Source: Pseudomonas aeruginosa (lineage in GTDB: Bacteria > Pseudomonadota > Gammaproteobacteria > Pseudomonadales > Pseudomonadaceae). Taken from it: 32,000 bases of DNA. Positions within the stretch are counted from its first letter, which is position 1, and the number at the start of each line of letters is the position of its first letter. Made by a program: the position numbers and the translations under genes. Under the pieces are notes generated by a model. It made no database searches and was not told the DNA's origin. It saw nothing but the letters and a program-made list of their open reading frames with translations. Where the stretch lies: positions 4,380,001 through 4,412,000 of the forward strand of contig NZ_LN831024.1 of the NCBI RefSeq assembly GCF_001457615.1, in the 5' to 3' direction. Below, in pieces: positions 22,059 through 31,897 of the stretch.

Positions 22059-22532
22059 ATGACCCAACCCACCTGCCCCTGCGGCAGCGGCGACCCGCTC
22101 GACGATTGCTGCGGCCGCTATCACCAGGGACATCCCGCGCCCACCGCGGAAGCCCTGATGCGCTCGCGCTACAGCGCCTATGCTCTCGGACTGGTGGACT
22201 ACCTGCGCGACACCACGCTGCCGGCGCAACAGGCCGGCCTCGATCTCGACGGCATCCGCGCCTGGAGCCACGGCAGCACCTGGCTCGGTCTGGAGGTGGA
22301 AAACCACGAGGTGCTCGGCGGCCAGCCGGAGCATGCGCGAGTCACCTTCGTCGCGCGCTGGCACGACGCCGACGGGGAACATGCCCATCGCGAATGTTCC
22401 GGCTTCGTCCAGCGCAACGGTCGCTGGTACTTCCTCGATCCGACCGTGGCCCTGAAACTCGGCCGCAACGATCCCTGCCCCTGCGGCGCCGGCGGCAAGC
22501 TGAAGAAATGCTGCGGTCCGTGGATCACCTGA
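22059..22532 (+). CDS. YchJ-family protein with two SEC-C metal-binding motifs, 157 aa
   Basis: N-terminal [18 protein letters not shown]-terminal [18 protein letters not shown], central YchJ-like [11 protein letters not shown]...TWLGLEV. Start set at ATG 22059. Confidence 0.93.
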   Translation: MTQPTCPCGSGDPLDDCCGRYHQGHPAPTAEALMRSRYSAYALGLVDYLRDTTLPAQQAGLDLDGIRAWSHGSTWLGLEVENHEVLGGQPEHARVTFVARWHDADGEHAHRECSGFVQRNGRWYFLDPTVALKLGRNDPCPCGAGGKLKKCCGPWIT

Positions 22533-22849
22533 TGCATTCGCTCGCCAGCTATATCCGCGCCATCCATGCCCTGCCCTCGCCGGTCTCGATAAGCGATGCG
22601 CAGGTCGAAGAGCAACAGCGCTGCGAGGACGGCGTCGAGATCCACAGCTGCGAAGCGCTCTACCGTTTCGACAACGGCGTGCGCCTGCGCCAGCACTGCG
22701 AGCGCGACCTCCTGCCGAGCAGCGGGGCCTGCGAGGAATGCTGGATCGGCTACGAAGTGCTGGATTCCGCCGGGCAGGAAATCAGCCCACGCTACAAGCA
22801 CTTCGTCAACGCCTGCCAGGAACGCTTCTGGTTGCGCATGCACGCCTGA
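22532..22849 (+). CDS. Conserved hypothetical protein, 105 aa
   Basis: [81 protein letters not shown]...; coupled to the preceding gene (stop/start TGATG overlap). Confidence 0.75.
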   Translation: MHSLASYIRAIHALPSPVSISDAQVEEQQRCEDGVEIHSCEALYRFDNGVRLRQHCERDLLPSSGACEECWIGYEVLDSAGQEISPRYKHFVNACQERFWLRMHA

Positions 22850-22931
22850 GATGCTGCGCCAGGCTGCGCGGTTTGGGCGTTGACGAGCGCTCGGGTAGAA
22901 TGCGCAGCCTTTTCATCCGGGCCCCATCCCC

Positions 22932-23552
22932 ATGCTGCTGACCGTGCTCTACATCATCGCCATCACCGCCGAAGCCATGACCGGTGCGCTGTCGGCCGGC
23001 CGGCGCAGCATGGACCTGTTCGGCGTGGTGCTGATCGCCTGCGTCACCGCCCTGGGCGGCGGCTCGGTACGCGACATGCTGCTGGGCCATTACCCGCTGA
23101 CCTGGGTCCGTCACCCGGAATACCTGGCGCTGACCGCAGTCGCCGCGCTGGTGACAGTGTTCATCGCGCCGCTGATGCGCCACCTGCGCTCGCTGTTCCT
23201 GGTACTCGACGCGGTTGGCCTGGTGGCCTTCACCCTGATCGGCTGCCAGGTCAGCCTGGAAATGGGCCACAGCCTGCTGATCGCGGCGATCAGCGGGGTG
23301 ATCACCGGGGTGTTCGGCGGCATTCTCCGCGACATCCTGTGCAACGACGTACCCTTGATATTCCGCCGCGAACTCTATGCCAGCGTGTCCTTCGCCAGCG
23401 CCTGGTGCTACCTGATCTGCGTGGAGCTGGAACTGCCTTCCGAGCAGGCGATGCTGATCACCCTGTTCAGCGGCTTCCTGTTCCGCCTGCTGGCCATCCG
23501 CTTCCACTGGGAAATGCCCAAGTTCGTCTACCAGGACGATTTCGACCACTGA
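22932..23552 (+). CDS. Trimeric intracellular cation channel (TRIC)-like / UPF0126 membrane protein, 206 aa
   Basis: Duplicated motifs AMTGALSAGRRSMDLFGVVLIACVTALGGGSVRDMLLG and ISGVITGVFGGILRDILCNDVPLIF. Confidence 0.93.
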   Translation: MLLTVLYIIAITAEAMTGALSAGRRSMDLFGVVLIACVTALGGGSVRDMLLGHYPLTWVRHPEYLALTAVAALVTVFIAPLMRHLRSLFLVLDAVGLVAFTLIGCQVSLEMGHSLLIAAISGVITGVFGGILRDILCNDVPLIFRRELYASVSFASAWCYLICVELELPSEQAMLITLFSGFLFRLLAIRFHWEMPKFVYQDDFDH

Positions 23553-23671
23553 AGCAAGCGCCTGCCCCCTGGCCGACGCGTTCCTCCAACCCCTCGCCTG
23601 TCCCCGATGCCACGGCCTCGCGACGCGGTTATCCGCCCCACGCCCTGGCTTGTCGCAGGCCGCTGCCCGCC

Positions 23672-24231
23672 TCAGTCCTGCAGGCGCAGGTGGCTGGTGT
23701 CCGGAGCCGGAGCCGCTGGCTCGGAGCGTGCCTGGCCCATGTCGCTACCGACCGGGGCGACGCTGAAGCGGCTCAGGTCGAGTTTCGGCGCCTCGGCTTC
23801 GGCCTTGGCGTCCTGTAGGTCGGCGCCTACCGGAGCCAGGCCGAAATCCGGCGCATCGACCTCGGCGAACGCCGCCATGTAGCCGTCCCGCGGCGCTACC
23901 TGCAAGCGTCCGGCGGGCGCGCTGGTACCAGTAGCGGCGCGGGTCTGCGGGCCTCCACGGGAGTCGTCTGCGCAGGCGGCGGCGCCATGACCACCTCCTC
24001 GACCTCCATCTCGGCGACCACGGCGATCGCTCCCGCTCGCTCCAGCACGCTGCGGTATTTTTCCGCGGAGGCGGCATCGAGGTTGTTCTTGATCACCACC
24101 CGGCGGCCGGAGAACAGCAGTTCGATACGCTGCGCGTCGGCCTGGAACAGCTTGGCCAGGTTGGCCTTGACCACCTCGGGACGGGCGCCGGCGACCAACT
24201 GGCCGGAAAAGGCGATTTCAAAGCGGCTCAT
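23672..24231 (-). pseudogene. Conserved Pseudomonas hypothetical (N-terminus MSRFEIAFSGQL...), split by an apparent 1-nt deletion near 23930-23960
   Basis: ORF 23896..24300(-) from MSRFEIAFSGQLVAGARPEVVKANLAKLFQADAQRIELLFSGRRVVIKNN...; the remainder lies in ORF 23672..23905(-) (VAPRDGYMAAFAEVDAPDFGLAPVGADLQD...SRFSVAPVGSDM...TSHLRLQD). Span 560 nt + 1 = 187 codons. Confidence 0.75.
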
Positions 24232-24496
24232 TGGCATCTCTCCGAGTGAAGGGCAGCTCGGCATGGCGGCCCTGGCGTTTCGTCGAGCGATTGTACCCAT
24301 CGACAGCCACGCGTGGAGTGACTGGGTCCGGCAAATCGGCCGGCGGGTCCGTTCAGGTTAGCCGAGCCGGTCACGCCAGCCGACGGGAAGACTTGCACGG
24401 GCGTACGCGCTTCTCCATGCTCCCCCCGACTGCGCTACGGGAAACATATGGACACAGGCCTGTACCTGAAACATCTTTCCTCTATACAACAATAAG

Positions 24497-24524
24497 TTGC
24501 AGCACAATCACTGCTTGTTAAACT
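24497..24524 (+). promoter_or_regulatory. Possible sigma70-like promoter for the 24547 lipoprotein gene
   Basis: TTGCAG-16 nt-TAAACT in an AT-richer intergenic region, 22 nt before the start codon. Such a short distance makes it tentative. Confidence 0.25.
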
Positions 24525-24546
24525 GGGGCGTCTCGGGGGGAATAGC

Positions 24547-25041
24547 ATGAATTACCAGGCGCAAATGATAAGAATTATCAGCCTAATAATGGCGTGGGGA
24601 GTTCTCTCCAATCTCTCGGGCTGCAGCTGGATGACCGGCAGCTTCGAAGACCCCGACGTCAAGCTGCTGAAGGTGGAAGTGGTCAAGGCACGCTTGCTGG
24701 AACAGGAGTTCGTGATGCGCTTCCGCATCGACAACCCCAACGATTTCAGCCTGCCGGTACGCGGCCTGCAGTACGCCGTGCAACTGAACGACATCCAGCT
24801 CGCAGAAGGCGAGTCCGGCCAGTGGTTCACGGTTCCCGCCCACGGCCACGAGGTATTCGACGTGCCGGTGCGAACCAATCTCTGGCGCCACATGAAATAC
24901 ATCGTCAAGCTCCTCGAGCGTCCCGAGGAGCCGATCCGCTACCGCCTGCAAGGCGAAGTGAAGACCGGACTGATGTTCGGCCGCAGCGTGCACCTGAGAC
25001 GAAATGGCGAGATAATTCCCGGCGATTTCATCCCAGAATAG
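24547..25041 (+). CDS. LEA type 2 / WHy-domain lipoprotein, 164 aa
   Basis: Lipobox LSNLSGC; [51 protein letters not shown]... typical LEA_2 domain. Shine-Dalgarno-like GGGGGGAA upstream. Confidence 0.87.
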   Translation: MNYQAQMIRIISLIMAWGVLSNLSGCSWMTGSFEDPDVKLLKVEVVKARLLEQEFVMRFRIDNPNDFSLPVRGLQYAVQLNDIQLAEGESGQWFTVPAHGHEVFDVPVRTNLWRHMKYIVKLLERPEEPIRYRLQGEVKTGLMFGRSVHLRRNGEIIPGDFIPE

Positions 25042-25048
25042 GTCCACC

Positions 25049-25249
25049 ATGAGTCAGGAACCCCACGTACACGGCCCGAACTGCAACCACGACCACGATC
25101 ATCATCACGATCATGGCCATGGTCATGTCCATGGTCCGCACTGCAACCACAGCCACGAGCCGGTGCGCAATCCGCTCAAGGCCGTAGGCCGCAACGATCC
25201 CTGCCCCTGCGGCAGCGAGAAGAAATTCAAGAAGTGCCACGGCGCCTGA
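25049..25249 (+). CDS. Small His-rich protein with SEC-C motif, 66 aa
   Basis: [38 protein letters not shown]...[20 protein letters not shown]. Confidence 0.9.
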   Translation: MSQEPHVHGPNCNHDHDHHHDHGHGHVHGPHCNHSHEPVRNPLKAVGRNDPCPCGSEKKFKKCHGA

Positions 25250-25272
25250 CCCTTCGCACGCGCCGGCATCCG

Positions 25273-25298
25273 AAGGCCCGCTGAGCAGCGGGCCTTTT
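25273..25298 (+). terminator. Rho-independent terminator after the His-rich SEC-C gene
   Basis: AAGGCCCGCT-GAGC-AGCGGGCCTT followed by TTCG. Confidence 0.8.
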
Positions 25299-25415
25299 CG
25301 TTGGCGCGCCACCAGCCTCGCCGGGGCGTCATGCGCGACAGCGGTTTGCATCGAACCTAGGTTCCTGGCGTAGAGTCTTCCGTTCGTAGCCCATCGACGA
25401 GCCGGAGACGCACCG

Positions 25416-26057
25416 ATGATCGACCTGTACTACTGGACCACCCCGAACGGCCACAAGATTACTCTTTTCCTGGAAGAAACCGGCCTGCCCTACGCCATCC
25501 ATCCGATCAATATCAGCCAGGGCGACCAGTTCCAGGCGGATTTCCTGAAGGTGTCGCCGAACAACAAGATTCCCGCCATCGTCGATCGCCAACCAGCCGA
25601 CGGCGGCGCTCCCCTGTCGCTGTTCGAGTCCGGCGCCATCCTGCTCTATCTCGCGGAAAAGACCGGACGGTTCCTCGCCAAGGACCTGCGCGCGCGCCAG
25701 GAAACCCTGCAGTGGCTGTTCTGGCAGATGGGCGGGCTGGGGCCGATGGCCGGGCAGAACCACCATTTCAACCGCTTCGCCCCGGAGAAGATTCCCTACG
25801 CTATCGACCGTTACGTCAAGGAAACCGCGCGCCTGTACGGCGTTCTCGACCAGCGCCTGGCGGACCGCGCCTTCGTCGCCGGCGACGACTACAGCATCGC
25901 CGACATGGCCATCTATCCGTGGATCGTCCCACATCAGTGGCAGGAGCAGGATCTCGCCGACTTCCCACACCTGCAGCGCTGGTTCGAGAGCATTCGCCAG
26001 CGTCCGGCGACGCAACGCGCCTATGCTTTGGTGGAGCGCATCAATCCGCCGCAGTAG
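25416..26057 (+). CDS. Glutathione S-transferase (YfcG-like), 213 aa
   Basis: MIDLYYWTTPNGHKITLFLEETGLPYAIHPINISQGDQFQADFLKVSPNNKIPAIVD...LFESGAILLYLAEKTGRF. Confidence 0.95.
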   Translation: MIDLYYWTTPNGHKITLFLEETGLPYAIHPINISQGDQFQADFLKVSPNNKIPAIVDRQPADGGAPLSLFESGAILLYLAEKTGRFLAKDLRARQETLQWLFWQMGGLGPMAGQNHHFNRFAPEKIPYAIDRYVKETARLYGVLDQRLADRAFVAGDDYSIADMAIYPWIVPHQWQEQDLADFPHLQRWFESIRQRPATQRAYALVERINPPQ

Positions 26058-26179
26058 CGGGTCCCGAGCCGGCCTGCGGACGTCCTCGCGGACGATCGCA
26101 GGCGGAGCTTGCGCAGCCCTGCGCTCCTCACTAACGTAGCGCCTCTCGACGCGACCACTCCCGCAGGAGCCCCCACCCC

Positions 26180-28723
26180 ATGGCCTCGCCAGCCTTCATG
26201 CGTTTTCTTCCCCGTTGCGGCGCCGCCGCGGCCTTCGGCACCCTCCTGGGCCTGGCCGGTTGCCAGTCCTGGCTCGACGATCGCTACGCCGACAGCCTGC
26301 CGCCGACCTCCGGCGTACAACCGATCAAGGGCCTGGCGCAAAACGTATCGATCCGGCGCAACGCGCTGGGCATGCCACTGATCGAAACCGGCACCTTCCA
26401 TGACGCGCTGTTCGCCCTGGGCTACGTACACGCCTCCGACCGCCTGAGCCAGATGGTCAGCCTGCGCCTGCTGGCCCAGGGACGGCTGGCCGAGATGGTC
26501 GGCCCCGGCGCGCTGGAGATCGACCGTTTCATGCGTACCGTGAACCTGCGCCAGGCTGCGGAGATCCAGTACAGGAACGCCTCGCCGCGCCTGCAACGCT
26601 TCTTCGAGGTCTACGCGCGCGGGGTCAACGCCTACCTGTATCGCTATCGCGACAAGCTGCCGATGGACCTGGCCCAGTCCGGCTACCGTCCGGAATACTG
26701 GAAGCCCGAGGACTCGGCGCTGGTCTTCGCCCTGCTCAACTTCGGCCTGGCGGTGAACCTGCAGGAAGAAATCGCCTCGCTGACGCTCGCGCAGAAGGTC
26801 GGCAGCGACAAGCTGGCCTGGCTGACGCCGACCTATCCCGACGAAAACCTGCCGTTCGACGAGGCGGAAAAGCTCAAGGGCCTGCGCCTGGACGGGCAGG
26901 TTCCCGGCCTCGCGGGCGTCGAGGGCGCGGCGCGGCAGGTCGCAGCGCTGAGCATGCTCGGGGTCGCCGCCTCGAACAACTGGGCTATCGCGCCGCAACG
27001 CAGCCGCAGCGGCAAGAGCCTGATGGCCAACGACACCCACCTGCCGCTGAGCATGCCGTCGGTGTGGAACTACGTGCAGATCCGCTCGCCCAAGTACCAG
27101 GCCGCGGGCGTTTCCATTGCCGGTCTGCCGGGCGTGGTGGCGGGCTTCAACGGCAAGCTGGCCTGGGGCATGACCATGGTCCTGGGCGACAATCAGGATC
27201 TCTACCTGGAACAGTTGCGACGCCAGGGCAACCGGCTCTATTACCTGGCCGACGGCAAGTGGCAGCCAACCCGCGAACGCCAGGAAACCTTCTTCATCAA
27301 GGGCCAGCGGCCGATCCGCGAGGTCATCCACGAAACCCGCCATGGCCCGCTGCTCAACAGCGCCCTGGGCGAGCGCAAGAACATCCTCCAGCCGCTGCCG
27401 CTGAAGAGCGGCTACGGACTGGCCTACCGGAGCATCCAGCAGGAAGCCGACAAGACCCTGGACGGCTTCTTCGACCTGTCGCGGGCGAAGACCATCGAGC
27501 AGGCCTTCGACGCCACCCGCGAGATTCGCGCGATGCCGCTGAACATCGTGTTCGCCGACGAAAAGCACATCGGCTGGCAGGTCACCGGACGCTATCCGAA
27601 CCGCAAGGAAGGTCGTGGCCTGCTGCCCTCCCCTGGCTGGGACGGCCGCTACGACTGGGATGGCTATGCCGACCCGATCCTCCACCCGTCCGACCAGGAC
27701 CCGCAGCAGGGCTGGCTGGGTACCGCCAACCACCGCACCGTGCAGCCCGGCTACGGCGCCCAGTTGTCCAACTCCTGGTACTACCCGGAGCGCGCCGAGC
27801 GCATCGCCCAGCTCGCCGGTGCCAGCAAGAGCCACGACACCCAGAGCATGATCCGCATGCAGTACGACCAGACCTCGCTGTTCGTCGCCAAGCTGCAAGC
27901 CATGTTCGACAATCCCGGCATGTCGCTGCCGCTGCGCCAGGCCATCGACGCCTTGCCGGAGGCGCAACGCAGCCGGGCGCGGGAGGCCTACGACCGGCTT
28001 ATGGCATTCGACGGCAAGCTGACAGCCAGCTCCAGCGACGCCGCGCTGTACGGCGCCTTCCTCCACGAGAGCGCCAGGCAGATATTCCTCGACGAGCTAG
28101 GACCGGAGGACGGCCCTGCCTGGAAAGCCTTCGTCGAGACCGCCAACCTCTCCTACTCGGCGCAAGCCGACCACCTGCTCGGGCGCGACGACAGTCCGTT
28201 CTGGGACGATACCCGCACTCCGCAGAAGGAGGACAAGCCGGCAATCCTCGCGCGCAGCCTCGCCGCCGCCGTGGAGTTCTGCGAACAGCGACTGGGGAGC
28301 GAGCGCAAGGCCTGGCAATGGGGCAAGCTGCACACCTACGAATGGCAGAGCGACAGCTCGAAAATGGCCCCCTACCTGGGCGCCGGCGAGCGCGCCGGAC
28401 TCGGCGCGATCAAGGGCTATCTCGATCGCGGGCCCTATCCGGCCGGCGGCGACCACACCACGCTGGACGTATCGGCCTACGGCTGGGGCCAGGACTTCGA
28501 CACTTGGCTGATCCCGGCGATGCGGCTGATCGTCGACTTCGGCCAGAGCGAACCGATGATCGGCGTGAACAGCAGCGGCCAATCCGGCAATCCGGCCAGC
28601 CCGCACTACGCCGACGGTATCGACGCCTGGCTCAAGGGGCGCTACGTCAGCTTCCCGTTCCAGCCACAGAACCTCGAGCGCGTTTACGGCAACAAGCGGC
28701 TGACGCTCACTCCCGCTCGCTGA
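26180..28723 (+). CDS. quiP: Acyl-homoserine lactone acylase (Ntn-hydrolase, penicillin acylase family), 847 aa
   Basis: Signal/lipobox-like N-terminus; AHL/penicillin acylase features: [19 protein letters not shown], autoprocessing-site-like [67 protein letters not shown]. Length and context match P. aeruginosa QuiP. Confidence 0.9.
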   Translation: MASPAFMRFLPRCGAAAAFGTLLGLAGCQSWLDDRYADSLPPTSGVQPIKGLAQNVSIRRNALGMPLIETGTFHDALFALGYVHASDRLSQMVSLRLLAQGRLAEMVGPGALEIDRFMRTVNLRQAAEIQYRNASPRLQRFFEVYARGVNAYLYRYRDKLPMDLAQSGYRPEYWKPEDSALVFALLNFGLAVNLQEEIASLTLAQKVGSDKLAWLTPTYPDENLPFDEAEKLKGLRLDGQVPGLAGVEGAARQVAALSMLGVAASNNWAIAPQRSRSGKSLMANDTHLPLSMPSVWNYVQIRSPKYQAAGVSIAGLPGVVAGFNGKLAWGMTMVLGDNQDLYLEQLRRQGNRLYYLADGKWQPTRERQETFFIKGQRPIREVIHETRHGPLLNSALGERKNILQPLPLKSGYGLAYRSIQQEADKTLDGFFDLSRAKTIEQAFDATREIRAMPLNIVFADEKHIGWQVTGRYPNRKEGRGLLPSPGWDGRYDWDGYADPILHPSDQDPQQGWLGTANHRTVQPGYGAQLSNSWYYPERAERIAQLAGASKSHDTQSMIRMQYDQTSLFVAKLQAMFDNPGMSLPLRQAIDALPEAQRSRAREAYDRLMAFDGKLTASSSDAALYGAFLHESARQIFLDELGPEDGPAWKAFVETANLSYSAQADHLLGRDDSPFWDDTRTPQKEDKPAILARSLAAAVEFCEQRLGSERKAWQWGKLHTYEWQSDSSKMAPYLGAGERAGLGAIKGYLDRGPYPAGGDHTTLDVSAYGWGQDFDTWLIPAMRLIVDFGQSEPMIGVNSSGQSGNPASPHYADGIDAWLKGRYVSFPFQPQNLERVYGNKRLTLTPAR

Positions 28724-28790
28724 ACGGACCGCGCGGAACTTTCCTCCGCGCCGTGGCTCTGAACAGCCGACTTACTCCATGATCATCTTC

Positions 28791-28818
28791 AGGGCGTCCT
28801 TCCGGACGCCCTTCTTTT
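28791..28818 (+). terminator. Rho-independent terminator between quiP and rmuC, possibly bidirectional
   Basis: AGGGCGTCC-TTCC-GGACGCCC followed by TTCTTTTAT. Confidence 0.8.
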
Positions 28819-28877
28819 ATCCCCCTCCCGGAAAGCCTCCGTTTTCTCGAAAGCCCGGGCACGGGATCGAACCGATC

Positions 28878-30353
28878 TCACTCCTCTCCGGCCTCTTCCA
28901 CGGGCGCCACCAGCGCCCGGTCCAGCCAGTCCGTCGGCAGGCTCTTGCTGGCGCGGGCACCGAGCAGCTTGAGTTGCTCGCTGCGACTGATCAGGTTGCC
29001 ACGTCCCTCGGTGAGCTTGTTGCGCGCCGCGGCATAGGCCTTGTCCAGTTGCTGCAGGCGCGAACCGACCTCATCGAGGTCCTGAACGAAGAGCACGAAC
29101 TTGTCATACAGCGAACCGGCACGTTCGGCGATTTCCCGCGCATTCTGGTTCTGCCGCTCCTGGCGCCAGAGGCTGTCGATTACCCGCAGGGTGGCCAGCA
29201 GGGTGGTCGGGCTGACGATCACGATATTCTGCGCGAAGGCGTCCTGGAACAGGTTCGGCTCGGCCTGCAGGGCCGTCGAGAAAGCCGCCTCGATCGGCAT
29301 GAACAGCAGGACGAAGTCGAGGCTGTGCAATCCTTCCAGGCGTCGATAGTCCTTGCCGGAGAGGCCTTTCACATGGTTGCGCAACGACGTTACGTGCTGC
29401 TTCAGCGCCTGCTGGCGCAGCAGATCGTCGTCAGCGGCGATGTACTGCTGGTAGGCCGTGAGACTGACCTTGGCATCCACCACCACCTGCTTGTCGCCGG
29501 GCAGGCGGATCAGCACGTCCGGCTGGAAGCGTTCGCCCTCGGCACCCTTCAGGCTGACCTGGGTCTCGTATTCCCGGCCTTTTTCCAGGCCTGCATGCTC
29601 GAGCACCCGCTCCAGCACCAGTTCGCCCCAGTTGCCCTGGGTCTTCTGGCCCTTGAGCGCGCGGGTCAGGTTGGTCGCTTCCTCGCCCAGGCGCAGGTTG
29701 AGCTGCTGCAGACGCTCCAGTTCCTTGCTCAGGGAGAAACGCTCGCGCGCTTCCTGCTGGTAGCTTTCCTCCACCCGCTTCTCGAACGCCTGGATGCGCT
29801 CCTTCAGTGGATCGAGCATCTGCCCCAGGCGCTGCTGGCTGGTCTCGGCGAAACGCTGTTCACGCTCGTCGAAGATCTTTCCCGCCAGTTCGGCGAACTG
29901 TGCCCGCAACTCGTCGCGGGCCGACTGCAGGTCGGTCAGGCGCTGCTGGTGGCTTTCCTGCTGCTCGCGAAGTTCCGCAGCCAGCGCAGCCCGTTCGGAA
30001 GCCAGGCGACGCACTTCCTCTTCCCGGCCCTGGCGCTCGCTGGCCCAACGTGCCTCCGCCTGGGACGCCCGTTGCCGCTCCTCCCCCATCAACTCGGCTT
30101 CCCGACGCAGCGCGGCGACCTCGCCGGAGAGCCTGGCATGGCGCTCGCCGAGTTGCTGGTAAGCCTCCCTACTGGTCTCCAACTGCGCATTCAGCCCGTC
30201 CTGGGCCAGTTGCGCGGTCGCCAGTCGCTCGCCGAGCAACGCCATCTCGCGCTCCGCCAGGCTGGCCCTTCTCTGTAGCTGCCATGCCAGGCCGGCCAGG
30301 GGAATCGCGGCAGCCAGCAGGCCAAGCAACAGGTTCGGTAGATCGACGGGCAT
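28878..30353 (-). CDS. rmuC: DNA recombination protein RmuC, 491 aa
   Basis: N-terminal TM then long coiled coil (LREQQESHQQRLTDLQSARDELRAQFAEL), then KTQGNWGELVLERVLEHAGLEKGREYETQ...RFQPDVLIRLPGDKQVVVDAKVSLTAYQQYI. Start set at 30353. Confidence 0.95.
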   Translation of the reverse strand: MPVDLPNLLLGLLAAAIPLAGLAWQLQRRASLAEREMALLGERLATAQLAQDGLNAQLETSREAYQQLGERHARLSGEVAALRREAELMGEERQRASQAEARWASERQGREEEVRRLASERAALAAELREQQESHQQRLTDLQSARDELRAQFAELAGKIFDEREQRFAETSQQRLGQMLDPLKERIQAFEKRVEESYQQEARERFSLSKELERLQQLNLRLGEEATNLTRALKGQKTQGNWGELVLERVLEHAGLEKGREYETQVSLKGAEGERFQPDVLIRLPGDKQVVVDAKVSLTAYQQYIAADDDLLRQQALKQHVTSLRNHVKGLSGKDYRRLEGLHSLDFVLLFMPIEAAFSTALQAEPNLFQDAFAQNIVIVSPTTLLATLRVIDSLWRQERQNQNAREIAERAGSLYDKFVLFVQDLDEVGSRLQQLDKAYAAARNKLTEGRGNLISRSEQLKLLGARASKSLPTDWLDRALVAPVEEAGEE

Positions 30354-30639
30354 GGGGCACTCCAGCGGAAAACGACGCAACACCCGCCTGGCAGGCGCGC
30401 GTGCAGCGGATTCTAGGTTCTTGGGAAAAGACCGTCGAGCGAATAGCGCCGCGCCGAACGAGCACTCCGCTTCCGAGCTGTGCGTACCCCATGCGCAGGA
30501 CACTTCAGATACTTCCATAACGGAAGCCATCGCCCTGCGCCCTTCGCCGCCGGGACATTTCTGCTTCCACGGCATTTTTGTCGCGGCTACAGGGCTTGCC
30601 TTGGAGCGTGCGATGTGCTGTCGAGCAAGTGCTTGGGAA

Positions 30640-30660
30640 ATCCACAGATCCTGTGGATAA
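30640..30660. promoter_or_regulatory. Inverted repeat containing a perfect DnaA-box 9-mer
   Basis: ATCCACAG-ATC-CTGTGGAT (30640-30658). TGTGGATAA at 30652-30660 is the reverse complement of the consensus TTATCCACA. Confidence 0.45.
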
Positions 30661-31007
30661 CCCAGTGGAAAAGCCCCTAAAAAACTGCCGAACCCCCGAT
30701 GGAGTGGGGCTATGGGACAGATTGACGATTTTTTCACCAACTATTTTTATCGTTATTTTTCAATAAGTTACGTTTCAAACATGAAAAATCAAGCGTTTAG
30801 AGCCTAACGCTCTCAACCCTTGACAAGCTGCTTTCCATTTGTGCACAAATTTTCGCCGAAGCCTCTTGCCGCCCCATTGCAGGGCAATGCCGTTCGAAAT
30901 CCTCAGCCACTCTTTCCCTCGGCGCATGCAGGCCAGCCCTGCCCAACCGGCAGGTGGCGGCCTTCAGACGGCGCCCCCGGATCGCTGGCAACCGTGCCCC
31001 CCTCCAC

Positions 31008-31763
31008 TCACGCCGGATGCGGCAACTTTCCGTCCACCAGGAACAGCTCCCAGGAGAAGATTTTCGGCGACCCCGGCACATGCGCCGGCTTGAAGGCCAC
31101 GTAACCGGCCGTGGTTTCGCACAGCCAGGGCGTCAGGTTGCGAGGACGCTTTTCGGTGAAGGCCGCGGGCGTGAACAGGGCGACATTGCAGCCGCGCTCC
31201 GGGCAACGCGCCGAACGGTATTCGAATGCCTGCACCCCGGCGCTGCGCATGGCACTTCCCAGTTCCTGGGGAGCGCGGTAGTCGGCGATGTCGGTCAGCG
31301 CAGCCTCGTGATCGGAGAAAGGCGGCGCCTGCAGACGGATTCCCCGCTCCACCTTCCAGCCCGCCTCGAACGAAGCGTGCTCGGACAGAATCCTCCCGCT
31401 CGGTGGCGGCACCGCCATGCCACTCCACAGGACGCAACGGTAATACGCGCTTTCGGCCATGGCCGTTTCCAGCTTCAACGCGGCGTAGAACAGGCTTGGC
31501 TCGTGGCGACGGCCAAACCGCGACCCCCAGCGCAAGGGCGGATAACGGAACGGGGTCTTCAACAGGTAATGCAATGGCTCGGCATCCGCCGGCACCGGCG
31601 GCTTGCTCGACTCGAGCAGTTCCTCGAGCAACGCCTGTTCTTCCAGGGTGTCGACCAATTGCAGGGTCGCCACCTGCTCCTGGCTCTCCACCAACCGCAC
31701 CAGGCGCCCCTGGAGCGGTCGGATATGCCGCTCACCCTTGCACTGTCGCCAGATCTCGCTCAC
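31008..31763 (-). CDS. RES-domain protein, probable toxin of a RES/Xre toxin-antitoxin pair
   Basis: VSEIWRQCKGERHIRPLQGRLVRLVESQEQVATLQLVDTLEEQALLEELLESSKPP...FRYPPLRWGSRFGRRHEPSLFYAALKLETAMAESAYYR. GTG start at 31763 with upstream GAGGGG. The ORF is open to an ATG at 31898. Confidence 0.88.
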   Translation of the reverse strand: MSEIWRQCKGERHIRPLQGRLVRLVESQEQVATLQLVDTLEEQALLEELLESSKPPVPADAEPLHYLLKTPFRYPPLRWGSRFGRRHEPSLFYAALKLETAMAESAYYRCVLWSGMAVPPPSGRILSEHASFEAGWKVERGIRLQAPPFSDHEAALTDIADYRAPQELGSAMRSAGVQAFEYRSARCPERGCNVALFTPAAFTEKRPRNLTPWLCETTAGYVAFKPAHVPGSPKIFSWELFLVDGKLPHPA

Positions 31764-31897
31764 CTTCCGCCCCTCGCTTCCTGTGGTGTCGGATGCCAGC
31801 GTAGCGGCACCGCAGTCTCCATTCAGCCAGGCGTGTCGCCTCTGGCTGCCAGCCTTTTCCGTGACAGGCGTAGGCCCCCGTACAGGCGCGCCGGGCA

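Noticed and set aside
23607-23882. 91-aa plus-strand ORF (MPRPRDAVIRPTPWLVAG...) as a possible novel gene
   Set aside because: Antisense to the frameshifted MSRFEIAF-type gene and Arg/Ser/Ala-rich with no supporting features.
26021-28066. 681-aa minus-strand ORF opposite quiP
   Set aside because: Antisense to a well-supported Ntn-hydrolase gene, with composition typical of a GC-skewed shadow ORF.
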